A stretch of 64,000 nucleotides of DNA from Squalus acanthias (taxonomy: Eukaryota): contig CM059438.1 of NCBI GenBank assembly GCA_030390025.1, forward strand, positions 70,806,001 through 70,870,000, written 5' to 3'. Made by a program: the position numbers and the translations under genes. This document shows positions 13,701 through 25,973 of this stretch, piece after piece. The first letter of the stretch is position 1. Every line of letters starts with the position of its first letter. Below the pieces are notes generated by a model that searched no databases, had not been told where the DNA came from, and saw only the letters and a list, made by a program, of their open reading frames with translations.

Positions 13701-14974
13701 CAGTATGTTTCTGCTCCTGATCCTTTATCGCCACATGGCACCCAGAATCTTAGAGGCAAGCTACTTCGAAACCCATCGCCATTGTTATTATGCTGCACAG
13801 AAGATGTAATATTCCATTATATCAGCCGCTTAAATAAATCATGATATCGCCTTTGACCGAATTGTGTGGTTCACAAGGGGGAGCTAAACATCCATTTCTG
13901 CTGTATCACCAGGACCAACATGTATATGGTAAAGCGAACAAGGAACAAAGTAAGAATTAACTATATTTTTCCATATTATACATAACGATACACAGTTTGC
14001 AGTGTGTTTCAAGGCTGTAACATATCTCAGGATTGAGATGACGTTGAGAAACCAAGTGAGCGTCACCTTTATCAAGTTTTTAACTTGTTAATGTTTTAAG
14101 CCCCTGCCAAATGCTCCAGACTCCTTTGTCATTAATGAGGATGGTCAAACAATGCACTTCACATTTTGCACAAAACACCAATGTACTTCCCTGCTATTTA
14201 GAAACGACACAGTAATTGAGAAATTCATCACCAAAGGAAGTTGCTTGTCCTGTAGAATGCTGCAATCTATATGCTAAATAAGGCCATCGCTCTCTCTCCT
14301 GACTGCCAACCTCCGAGCAACAATATTGGTTCCCTCCTTCAAGAAGACATGCGTGCCAAGTTTGATGTAGAGGAGGTTTATAGATGTATATTATAGAGGA
14401 GGTGCAGTGAATTAGAGAAAAGTCTCTGTTTTATTTCCATATAAGGGGAAGGGGGAGGAAAGAAGCTGTGCCCTATTCTGAGACTTCAGATACTTGAACA
14501 ATTCCCTAAAAAGGAAGCAGTCCAAATAATCACCCTGCCAACTAACAGTGAAGCAGTGCACCCAGACACTGGTTTGTAGCCATAGGCCTCAAGGATGTCT
14601 CATTTTGTATAGCCATGAGAAAAAGCCACAGGAAGGTTCCAAATGTATGGCAAATGCCACCAAGGTAAGATATTGCCTTCTATAATCTCTGAACAGACAG
14701 TCTTTATAAAATGGCTCTCAAAGATGGCTTTGCATCTATGCCTTCAAGTGCTACATGTTTGGATGACTCTCTCATACACAACACCCACTGCTTGAGGTCA
14801 TGTTAATTTTTAAAGATTAGGTCAGTGTACTTTCAAATGCATCTCTGCCTTCTGTATAAAGTTAATAATTACACTGATCTCTTCAGGGTGCTAAGTTCTG
14901 AAATAAGAGACTGTTTGAGAACATTTTGAAAATGTATGAACCATGACATCATGGGTTACAAACAAGACAATAGC

Positions 14975-16440
14975 TTTTTATTTTATTCATTCACGGGATC
15001 TCTGGGCATCTCTGGCACGGCCAGCATTTATTGCCCATCCCTAATTGCCCTAGAGAAGGTGGTGGTGAGCCACCCCCTTGAACCCCTGCAGTCAATGTGG
15101 TGAAGGAACTCCCACAGTGCTGTTAGGTAGGGAGTTCCAGGATTTTGAGCCAGCGACGATGAAGGTACGGCGATATATATCCAAGTCAGGCTGGTGTGTG
15201 ACTTGGAGGGGAGCTTGGAGGTGATGGTGTTCCTATGCGCCTGCTGCCCTTGTGGTAGAGATCATGGGTCTGGGAGATATTGTCAAAGAAGCCTTGGTGA
15301 GTTGTTGCAGTGCACCTTGTAGATGGTACACATTGCAGCCACGTTCTGCCGGTGGTGGAGGGAGTGAATGCTTAATATGGTGGATGGGGTGCTGATCAAG
15401 CAGGCTGTTTGGTCCTGGATGATGTAGAACTTCCTGAGTGTTGTTGGAGCTGCACTCATCCAGGCAAGTGGAGAGAATTCCATCACACTCCTGACTGTGC
15501 CTTGTAGATGGTGGAAAGGCTTTGGGGAGTCAGGAGGTGAGTCACTCGCTGCAGAATTCCCAGCTTCTGACCTGCTCTTGTAGCCACAGTATTTATGTGG
15601 CTGGTCCAGTTAAGTTTCTGGTCAATGGTGACCCCCAAGATGTTGATGGTGGGGGATTCAATGATGTGAATGCCATTGAATGTCAAGGGACGGTGGTTAG
15701 ACTCTCTTTTCGTAGATAGCTATTGCTTGGCACTTGTGTGGCGTGATTTGCCACTTATCAGCCCAAGCCTGGATGTTGTCCAGGTCTTGTTGCGTGTGGG
15801 CAAGGACTGCTTCATTATCGGAGGAGTTGCGAAGGGAACTGAACACTGTGCAATCATCAGCAAACATCCCCACTTCTGACCTTCTGATGGAGAGAAGGTA
15901 ATTGATGAAGCAGCTGAAGATGGTTGGGCCTCGGACACTGCCCTGTGGAACTCCTGCAGCGAAGTCTTGGGGCTGAGATGATTGGCCTCCAACAACCACA
16001 ACCATCTTCCTTTGTGCTAGGTATAACTCCAGCCAGTGGAGCGTTTTCCCCTGTTTCCCATTGACTTCAATCTTACTAGGGCTCCTTGATGCCACACTTG
16101 GTCAAATGCTGCCTTGATGTCAAGGGCAGTCACTCTCACCTCACCTCTGGAATTCAGCTCTTTTGCCCATGTTTGGACCAAGGCTGTAATGAGGTCTGGA
16201 GCCGAGTGGTCCTGGCGGAACCAAAACTGAGCATCGATGAGCAGGTTGTTGGTGGGTAAGTGGTGCTTGATAGCACTGTCAGCGACACCTTCCATCAGTC
16301 ACTTTGCTGAAGATTGAGAGTAGACTGAAAGGATGGTAATTGGCCGGATTGGATTTGTCCTGCTTTTTGTGGACATGGCATACCTGGGCAGTTTTCCACA
16401 TTGTCGGGTAGATGCCAATATTGTAGCTGTACTGGAACAG
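14975..16440 (-). mobile_element. CR1-group LINE (family B), RT plus 3' end, frameshifted
   Basis: RT motifs LDIKAAFDQVWH, GVPQGSV.GP and MFADD in minus-strand ORFs. The 3' end (..gggcaattagggatgggcaataaatgctggcc..tgaataaaa) is shared with 51620-51832 and 53310-53917. Confidence 0.9.
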
Positions 16441-17997
16441 TTATCTAGTCATTATTTTTGCCTTAAGATTTAACAGTCGCCTTTTAAAAGAATTCCGGGT
16501 AGATGTGGTTCTTAGAAACACACTTGGCTATTTCTTAATGTCTTCTGTAACCTTCCCTTTGACCCTGAAGTAAGCAATTCCCAAATTCCTTCATTACCAC
16601 TTTGCTCTGGTGTATGTAAGTAATGGTAACTGGGTTTAGCGGTTTGGGTCATGGTGAGCTGTAAGTTCTTTCTCTTTTTATTTCTTTTTTTCTCCTTCAA
16701 TTTCCTGCAGATTGTAATGTATCTGGTTACATGCAGTGTTTCAGGCTCCCACTTTTTGTGCCCTCTTGTAAATTACTCATTGATTATTTTCCCACAGACT
16801 GAACCACTAAAAATGAGCAATATGCTGCAATTTCAGACAAATCATTAAACTGGTAATGATCTCCACTGAAAGTATTGAAATAATAGACTTGTCCCGCTGT
16901 GTGGAATGTCACTGGCATGAAGCTGCTGCATGCTGGAGATGTTAGTGCGCCACCAACACCATACAGCTAAAGAGACTACTTCCCATTTTAGTTCAGATTT
17001 AATGGGAAGCATATTTTAAAAGTAGCTGTAGCTGATCACTCATATTTTCACTGTCTTTCTTCTGTATGCAGTTGAAGTGCATTCATTGCCGAAGTTAAAT
17101 TATACTATTTACTGCATGCAATGTGTTTACAATAGTGGTTTAATAACTCTCTCGGGCTGTTTTTTTCGAACTGTCTTGCAGTTAACATCTAGCACTTCAG
17201 TTTGTTCCTTACTGGTAGTAGTTTAACATCAGAGAATGCTGAATTAAGAAGGTTTAGAAACAAATAAAATACTGAGAGATCTCTTTTCCACTGGCTGTAA
17301 AGAGTAATGCAGAAGTAGACACGATTAAAACAAGTCTGTTTCTTGCTTTATTCTACGTTTTGTGCCAATTGTAAAAGAACTGAAAGCCAATTAACTAAAA
17401 AAAAATGCTTGTTAAGGGCTTGTTCAGGACTTTGAAGGTCTTGAGAATGCAGGTGGCTGGATTCAACTCCACCCTACCTAGGGCTGGCAGCCCTACTGTG
17501 GCTCCCACTCCCTGATCCAGTCCTTAGTCCAATCCAAACCTGACCCAGCATCTCCCAGTGACAGCCCCAACAACACTACCACTGATAGCCCTAACCAGGC
17601 TTCCACTGACTGCTCACACACTCACATGAATAAACCTGCAGGTGTCAAGCCAGCCTCTCTATGGAGAGGGTGTACATATTTGAGGGGGTGACATTAGGGC
17701 CTAGGTTTTTAATTTTAAATGGATTACTGTCTGTACTCTCAGTCAGGCTAATGACCTGTCCCCATGAAAAAGGGATCTTCCTTACAGAAACATCCCAGAG
17801 CATGATTTGCTGGATATAAAGCAGTGGAAGAAATGTGTTCCTGGGCATGGAAAAGAAGAAGAGACAGTGGGTGGTACAATTGGAAAATGTGGGCCTATCT
17901 GTTAATTTTTAAAGATGAATGAAATACTTGTGCACTGAAACTAGTGCATTTCAAGCTGACAAGGCAGTCACAAGTTCAGTTCAACTGCTTCACATTA

Positions 17998-18581
17998 GGG
18001 GGACAGTTTTAATATGGTGAGTGGGTGGGATTGGGTGCGGGTGCTGGGTTAAATGGGCAAAAATTCCAAGCGTGTTGGGAAGCCGCCTCCAACCCGCTGA
18101 CGTCCGAATTTTACTGAGGTGGGACAAAGGGCGAGCGGGCAGCCAACCCACTCCTAGGAGGCGGGTTGGCATTTTAAATATGTTAATGAGGCTGGTAGCC
18201 TCGTGTTTAACTTGCTTTGCAGGTTTTACTGTGGGAGGCCGGGTTTCCCGGGCCTCGGATCATCAGACGCCGCCCCCCCATACAAACCCCGCCCATCCCC
18301 CGGTCAGGGATCGGGCCTCCCCTGGGATCGGACCCCTCCTCAGGGTCGGGGATTGGTCCTTACCTGGTCCTGCGGCCTCCTCCGGAGCGCTCCCTGCCTG
18401 ACTGGAAGCCAAGCCTGTCAATCAGGCCTACTTCCAGGCGGGGAACCTGTCAGGGTCAAGAGTCGCATGCTGTGGAGTTAAATCTCCACATTGCATGGGG
18501 AAATGCATACTTCCGGGCTTCCCGCGCGCTACCGGACGCCCCCACCCACTCCCAGCACGTCGGGAAGTAAAAATTCCCCCC
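17998..18581. mobile_element. GC-rich Harbinger-type MITE
   Basis: Imperfect TIRs gggggacagtttta / taaaaattcccccc, ggcggg/cccgcc subterminal motifs, flanks tta/cta. Confidence 0.65.
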
Positions 18582-18902
18582 TACATTTCCTCCCAATTTC
18601 CAAGCACCTAACGCAAATATAATTTGGAAACTGGAACTTGAAAAACCAACTGTCCACTTTCCAGGACAAATATGATCATGCTGAGGCACGTATCCATTCA
18701 TTGTTAACTGCTCCTGGGTCTAGTATACTGGGTTCGCATTAGTACACTTAAAATCATGCCACGGAGAACACAATCAAGCCCGCTGAAGCCCAATTGTGCC
18801 TTCAGAAGGCAACAATTCAGCCTGCAATTATTGACAGGCAATATCGAGGCAAAATTATCCAGTATCCACTGAAGGATGCATGCATTTCTTTTCAAAGCCA
18901 TG

Positions 18903-20135
18903 CAGACCAGAAGGTGCTAGGCTCAGTTCAGTGCTGAGTGACTGATCTCACTAAAATTGGCCGCAGAGCTCTGGAATAAGGAGAAGAAGGAAAAAAAAAT
19001 CAGCCAGGCTTCTCATTCCGAATTGCTATTCAGTGACTCCAGCTACAAAGTATGTGTGATTGGACCTTGGGTGGGGACGAGAACCTGCTTGTCTGCGGTG
19101 CTCTATTATGATTGATTAGCTAACTGACAAACACTCGCATGAAGAGTGGCCACATGGAGAAAGTACTGAAATGCTGCTGGTGCCTGTAGATCCAAAGCCC
19201 AGCAAGAGTCAATGGGGAAAAAATTCAGTTGGTTTGCGCCTCCCGTTAGCGCCTTAAGAGGGCGCTAATGGGGCACAAAGCAACGAGCGCCCGTGGGCGG
19301 CGATGTTCGCGCCGCTCATGAAATTAACGAGACATTTTGCGGCGGCGCTAAACACTATCGCCACAATCTCCTGCGCCGGCAGATTGTGACGTCAGTCGAG
19401 TGTGCAACGCCCCGGTAGCGCCCCGGACCGGATATTGAGTGGCGCACCCTGTCTTACCGCCTGCCGATAGCAACAACAGGTTGAGGGGAGCATTTTGCAG
19501 TCAGGAAGGGACTGGGGGAGCGCTATTTAAAGGCGACTGCTTCCTGCCTTTTTTGTTGGTGACATTTTTGCACCACACAGTCTGAGAGAGAGAGAGAGAG
19601 ACTTCTGGAGAGATTCAACGCTGTGTGAAGGAGTTTTGGGTACTGAGCAGCACTTTGCAGGTTCATTTTGATTTGCCCTTCATTGTATCGATTTAGAAGA
19701 GACTGGGGGGGCTGCACTCTGAGCTCTTTCCCATGGCCTCTCCATTGTTCTTTCCAGCAGATTTGATGTACAGGTCTCTCCAGGCCGAAATTCAAGGCTG
19801 TAATGAGCAGGATGTGGATGGAGAGCAAGATCAACCCTCCCCTTTAAGAACTGGCCGGCGCCATTGTGTGTGTGTTCCATTGCTGACTGATATCACATGA
19901 GCTTCGCCAGCGCTCTGAGGTAGCGCCTCGCTCCTCGGCCTTTGCGCCTTAAGACAGGTGTGTAGCACCTGATATAGCTCTCCAATCACCTCCAGGGGAG
20001 ATAAAAGCCAAGTTTGCCATCGGAGGCGATAATTAGTGCCAGGTGCTAATCTTTGCGCCTGGCCAATAATTGCGCCCCAAATGGGGTGATACTGAATTTC
20101 TCCCCCAATACCTTCAGTGAAAATGGGGCAGAGAA
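18903..20135 (+). mobile_element. AmnSINE2/LmeSINE2-like tRNA-SINE, split by the MITE at 19214-20106
   Basis: cagaccagaagg..gtgctgagt..ctgatctca..aaaatcagccagg..cagtgac..cccagcaagagtcaat|..|accttcag resembles the recalled consensus. A second copy lies at 61415-62270. Confidence 0.55.
19214..20106. mobile_element. Harbinger-type non-autonomous element
   Basis: 16-bp TIRs ggggaaaaaattcagt / actgaatttctccccc, AAT TSD, repeated (t)agcgcc/ggcgct subterminal motifs. Confidence 0.85.
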
Positions 20136-20950
20136 GTTTGATTTAAGAAAAATATATAGTTACCTTGTTCATTTTGGTGAGAGAACTGGGGCGTATAATG
20201 TTTCCCTGTTACGTTCACATCAAACATAACCTGATCAAGTATAACATGGGTTAGATCCAGGTTAAACGTCTTCTACCCTGCCTCAGCAAAGCATTCTAAC
20301 TTCATGCTCTGAATGACACTCCTGCTACACTAATTTGACATTTTCATTTTGCACATTAGACACCATTCTGGGTTCTCTGGAGGAAATCTCCATTTGTATG
20401 CAGAATTAGTGCTAAATTACATCCAGTTTTCTGCCATGGCCTTTGACCTAGTAGGTGCCAAGTTCAAAGTGCTAAAGCTTATAACCATCCTATGGGTGTG
20501 GACAAGATTTAGAGATCTAAGAGGTGAAAGGGCGGTGACCATCTAAATCTATCTTACTTCTGTATCCTGTAACAATCTTCCATCTAGTGTGCATCCATCA
20601 GACATCAGACATCATCTTTCAAAGTGTCAAATGTGTATATAAAAAAGAAAATAAGGCAATAATTCCTGGCCCTGTTAATCTGACCTCTCCCCAACAGCTG
20701 TGGATTTACAAGCAGCGGACAATCTATGGAAACTTCCCTTGACAATTATCCTTTAACTTGCCTCAGGGTGTGCCTATTTCGACTACTTCTTCAAAACAAG
20801 TACCTGAACAGTGGCCTTAGATTAAACACAGTTCCATCTGAGCAACTAAATATCATAACCATGTCCCAGACTCCAGATTGTGCATAAGTAGCATCAGAGG
20901 AGACCAGCTCTTGTTATTTAGATCATGTGTCAATAATATTAGATGTCGGT

Positions 20951-21107
20951 GGGGGTAATATTCAGCTTCACTGTCTGGGTGGTAATTTGGTAGAGTGGAT
21001 CACCCATTATTTATTTAAATGGGATTAAAATCTGGGTGGTTCTATCCTGGGCATGTGATCCGCTTCGTCAGGTTACCAACCTGCTGGCAGACTCAAATAT
21101 TACCCCC
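20951..21107. mobile_element. Short hairpin MITE
   Basis: gggggtaatatt...aatattaccccc; inner arms ggtaat..ggatcac / gtgatcc..gttacc. Confidence 0.7.
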
Positions 21108-22044
21108 TGTGTGGCTAATAATGTTGTGAGCATGTAACGTCGCTGATTGGTCCATGGTGTCACATGGTTAAAATACACCAATCGGATACCAACACTGGTC
21201 CTTGCTGGCCATGGACCAGTTAAGTCACATGCTTAGAACAGACCAATCAGATCCCAACACAGGACCATGCTAACCACAGATTAATGAAACCCTATAAAGC
21301 AAGCTTCAGTTTTACTTTTAGATATTTAACTTGCTAATTTTAAATTATTTTTTAGTGATCCCCATTTTTGTTTTAATGCTCCCGCCTACATGCCCAGATT
21401 TCAACCCTTCCTAGTCTTCTGGCCGAATCTCCTCTCCTCTGTCAGTAGAACCATAGAAGTTTACAGCACAGAAGGAGGCCATTTGGCCTATTGTATCTGT
21501 GCCAGCTCATTATTAGTGGGATATAAAGCCAACCCCACTGCATTGCTCCTTCCCCGTAAAGCTTTATCTTCCCCCATAAAGCTTTATCTTCTCCTGTTTC
21601 AAATCACTTTAATGGTCTCTCCCTCAACTACTTTCTGTGGCAAAACATTCCATGCTCCAATAATCACCAATCCCAGAGCGTGAAGCAGCTATCAGATGGA
21701 AGGTTAACAAAGAGTGATGTACCAGAAGATGCTGGCAGGATGACCAGATGAAGGTGTGAAAGTTGAAGAAAAAAATGTCAAGGTGAGACTAAGCATGAAT
21801 TAGCATATCCTGCCATATCGGGTGGTGACCACATAGGTTTGTAGATACAGATGAAAATGAAAAACCGTCATTCTCTGCCTCCCTCTCCTGTTGTGCTATG
21901 GCTAGTTGCAGCTCATCTTCCACAAACGTGCATGTGCCACTATTGATGGCCTTTGTGGTATGAGAGTATGCAGCTCGTCACTGGAGCTCCCATCCTCACA
22001 TAAAATAGAGCATGTGAAAAGGAAAAGGAAAAGCGGAAAATTGA

Positions 22045-22273
22045 CATAAAAACAGAAAATTCTGAAAATGCATAGCAGGTCATTCAGCATCTGTAAAGTG
22101 GAAAGACGGGTTATAGCGTTTCAGATGTGAACGCTGCAGTAAAATTGAAGGCTCCAGCGCCAACCTTCAGTTCTGATGAAGGGTACATACCTGAAATGTC
22201 TCAACATGTCTTTTCTCTTTACAGATGTTGACTGACCTGCTGTGTATTTCTAGCCCTTTCTGTTTTTATTTCA
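22045..22273. mobile_element. Penelope-derived inverted-repeat element with a hammerhead-like core
   Basis: Arms ataaaaacagaaa..gcaggtca..agcatctgtaaag / ctttacagatgttgactgacctgc..tttctgtttttat. CTGATGA-A-GGGTA-ca-TACCT-GAAA at 22173-22196. Confidence 0.7.
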
Positions 22274-22344
22274 TATAATAGAACAATTGTGGTGCAACCA
22301 TCAACCCACTGAACACACTGAATATCTGCTTGATTCAGCTCCTG

Positions 22345-22562
22345 AAGAGCAAGGGAGTTATCCCCGGTGTCCTGGACAATATTTATCCCTCAATCAACAC
22401 CACTAAAAACAAATCATCTTATCTGGTCATTATCACATTGCTGTTTGTGGGATAGAACATTGCCAAAATTGGCTGCTGTGTTTCCCACATTACAACAGTA
22501 CACTTCAAAGCGCTTTGGGATGTCCAGTGGTCGTGAAAGGCGCTATATAAATGCAAGTCTTT
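22345..22562 (+). mobile_element. Deu-type SINE, 3' half
   Basis: gaagagc..ggagttatccccggtgtcctgg...aggcgctatataaatgcaagtct. Confidence 0.8.
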
Positions 22563-22570
22563 CCCTGCCA

Positions 22571-22898
22571 CTTCTTCTTCTTCTTCTTCTGTCTGTTCCC
22601 TTTGGGGAACAGTGTGAAGTAGTGGAAGGATTCACAGGGTGATTAACAGTCCTTCCAAGGAGCGTTAACGCTCCTTCCATGGCCATAACCATCTTTATAC
22701 CAGCCAATAGGGTGGTTAGTCCTATACAACGGGAGGGTTTTTTGGGCTCCCACAACCCATACGATTAGGGGAGGCCACCCACACCCACCGGACGTCAACC
22801 CAAAATTCTGATGCCACTCGCCAGGACTGTCTGGAGTGGGGTTCGAACCCTTCACCTTCTGGCCCAGAAGCCGGAATGCTACCACTGCGCCAAAGGCT
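22571..22898 (-). mobile_element. tRNA-headed SINE with an unrecognised body and RTE-like (GAA)n tail
   Basis: Minus strand: A-box tggcgcagtgg, B-box ggttcgaaccc, 3' end ccccaaagggaacagacagaagaagaagaagaag. Confidence 0.65.
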
Positions 22899-24759
22899 CA
22901 CTCTTCCTGCCACTTGCATGTGTGCCATAGTATGTTTTCTGTTGTTGGGCATGTGTCCTGAGCCATGTTTGGAATGGGTAAACCGTACTTCAGAGAAGCC
23001 AGCTATCCATCTTGTTTTCACCCTAGAATAAGTAGGGAACCCCTGATTCCCATAAGATACAGGAAGCCAAGCATTCACATGCATAGTTCTTCGGTGGTGC
23101 TTCGGACCATTTGATCATTCATCAAATGGCATCCCTTTCTGTTGCTGAATAAAATGGGATATTGCAGAGGGGTTGAATGGCCACATGGGTGCAGTCAATG
23201 GCCTCCTGTAATCTGGGCATGCCACGTCTTTTGAAGAGCCCCATTAGCCTCTCTTGTTGCTGCTGTATGAGTGGTGCTGATGTTAACCAATGAGCCGTGG
23301 ACTAAACTGGTTCAGTCCTGGGAAGAAGTTTGGAAGCTCAGGCAACAAAGTGGCCACATTGCATTAATGCTACTGCAACAAATTACTACACATTAACGCA
23401 TACTTTGCGTCTTTATTCGCTTTACTAGACAGAGCAATCTCATCCCTTTTGAGGTAACAGAGTCATTCAATTTTGTGTGCTGACAGGCTGCCTTTTAAAG
23501 GGGCTCCTTTTGTTTTCCAATATACCCAACCTTGGTGCCCTGGTGAGCTAATCCATAACTGGACTGACTCACTAAGAGTGCACTGGTTTTCCCTCGTTCA
23601 GTTGTGTTTACCAGAACTTGTTATCTCCCCCCACACCACCCACCAGCCCCCACCTCTCAATTCCCGATTAGCCCTTAATCTAATCCTGTACATTTCATTG
23701 TACTGGTGGAAATGAACTGAAAGTGCATTAAGGTTGTTTTTATGACCGCAGCAAGGATCTGCTTTTCAGAAGATTGTGGAGTACAAAGAATCTGGTGCCT
23801 TGAGGCGTACAGTCCATTTAAATTTACAGCAATGCCTTTGAGCCTCCAGTGTAGATTGTGGTATGCTGACTTTTGAGTAACCGTCTCAAGCAAGGGAAAT
23901 GGGGCAGGAAGAGGGTGTCAGGGTCCATATTGTTACTTTGTAACTGTAGCTTGGACCTTTGCATGCAAATCTCACTGGGGGTAAAAATCACTCACCAAAC
24001 CAACTTGAATTCTTTAATCTTTCTCTTTTAATTTGTTATTCCTGTTGTCTGCTTGCATTTGTCTGCATATTATTGGATATATTATTCCATGCCCACACCA
24101 GCCAGCTTCATGCACCAATAATCGGAGCCACATGACTTCTCTGTAGATGGAGAATTGTTTGCAGTCAGGAGGGTCACAAAGGTTCAACAACAGAATTAAT
24201 TCCACTCTCTGGCTACAGAACTGACCAACATGTTGGTGACCGTTTGGGATTATTCTACATCTGGTAATGAAAAATCATAATTAGGAGCATAACTCTATTC
24301 AGTCAGGATATATATATACAGCAAACTCCTTCTTGCCTCATGAATCCATTCAGTATGTTTGCAGGTTGACTCTTGCCCCATGCTCCACAAGGGTAACAAA
24401 TGCAGAATATAGTTGCATTTGTTCTGTTAAAATAAAAACTAGATGCACTTGTAGGTTTTCACCTACATAGAAATGGTCAGTTGGGAACTGTTACCTCATG
24501 TTAAGTAGTGACAGGACAAAGGACACCGGTTCAAATTCAGGACTAGTGTCAGATGCAAAGAGTGATCAACGCTTGGAATGGATTTCTGGGGACGTAATGG
24601 CAACAAAAATCTCTGAATCATTTAATTTTTAAATAATGTGTTTTCAGTTGATGTCATTAAGGGAAGGGGGAGACTAGTTTTTTTTGGACGGACTATTTCG
24701 GACCAAATGGCCTCTTTCATCCATATCGATCTTGTGAGTTAGTAAAGTGCTGTGATAAT

Positions 24760-25516
24760 GGGCCAGAAATTCAGCTCCCTGGCTTCCCGCGGGTGTAAGG
24801 ATCGCGCGCGCACCTACCTACCGCGCCTGCCGTTGACCTCTGGGCCTGCGGGGAATTCGGGTCCTGGGCCTCCCCCAACTGCCGGCGCGCAGTACTCGCG
24901 TATCCCAGGGGCGTAGTTAGTGCGATGCGTCCCCTGGGATCACGTGGGCCATGGAGAGCCAATGGCAGCAGGCCATCTTTCATTCATAGATTTGACAGGA
25001 AGATCTATGAATACAAATCGGCCCCAAAACCTCCCTAAAACTACAAATAAATTTTTTTTAAAACATCACATTTTTAAAATAACTATAAATAACATAAATT
25101 AACTATTTTAAACAAAAATTTAAATTTTTGAAAAAAATAATTACACTTTTTAACAGGGCTAAAACTAAACTTACCTTTCTTTAAAGTAATTAAAAAAGAT
25201 AAATCTGTGAAAAGAATGTTTAAATTTGAATAAAATCACCACTTACCTTGTTAAAAGAAGGCCTTGCGCCTCCTTTTTCAAAGTGTATCTTCTCCGTGCT
25301 TACCGTCACGGAGGAACCTGTAAAAAAAACCGAAGTGCGAGGTCTACACGCTGCCTCTCCGGCGTGCGCGTTCGACCTCTGAACCCCTTCCTTCAGGGGA
25401 ACGGAAGTGCCGGTTTCCCGCGCATGCGCAGTGCATGCAAGAAACCGGCACTTTTGTTCTGTCCACGGGTGAGTACATAGTGCGTACTCACCCGTGGCGA
25501 GCCTAATTTCTGCCCC
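24760..25516. mobile_element. Harbinger-type MITE, diverged relative of 9912-10677 in the opposite orientation
   Basis: TIRs gggccagaaattcagctc / gagcctaatttctgcccc, flanks aat/agt. Shares cctgggatcacgtgggccatgg.gagccaat with the 54481 copy. Confidence 0.8.
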
Positions 25517-25824
25517 AGTGTGTTCTCAATGGATGGCTGGCTTGCAAGCCAATATTTGCTGATGTAAACTAGTCCGCCGCAAAGGACCACTTGTGTTATT
25601 CAAACTTGTCATAGAGTCATTGAAACAACCGTGATTGCCTTTAACTGTGTTATGTTTTGCCAACATTATTGGTCATTTTTGTTGTTATTTAATAATCACT
25701 TATCCCCCATGCTTTAAATTCACTTAATCATATTCAGCATGAACAGTTCACAAAATACAATTCTCCCACACATTAAATCATTTCAGTATATTTTTACCTC
25801 TGATTTTTTTTCCACAGACATACA

Positions 25825-25973
25825 GGGGTAAATTTTCATTTTCACCGCACGTTGTAAAACCCAGCCGATCTTCATTCCAGTGAAATCAATGGAATAAAAT
25901 TTGGCAGGTTCTACAAAGGACAGGCAATCCTCTCCTAAAGATCAACGAACAGGTGAGGAGAAAAATCTACCCC
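25825..25973. mobile_element. Short hairpin MITE
   Basis: ggggtaaatttt..tcacc / ggtga..aaaaatctacccc. Confidence 0.6.
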
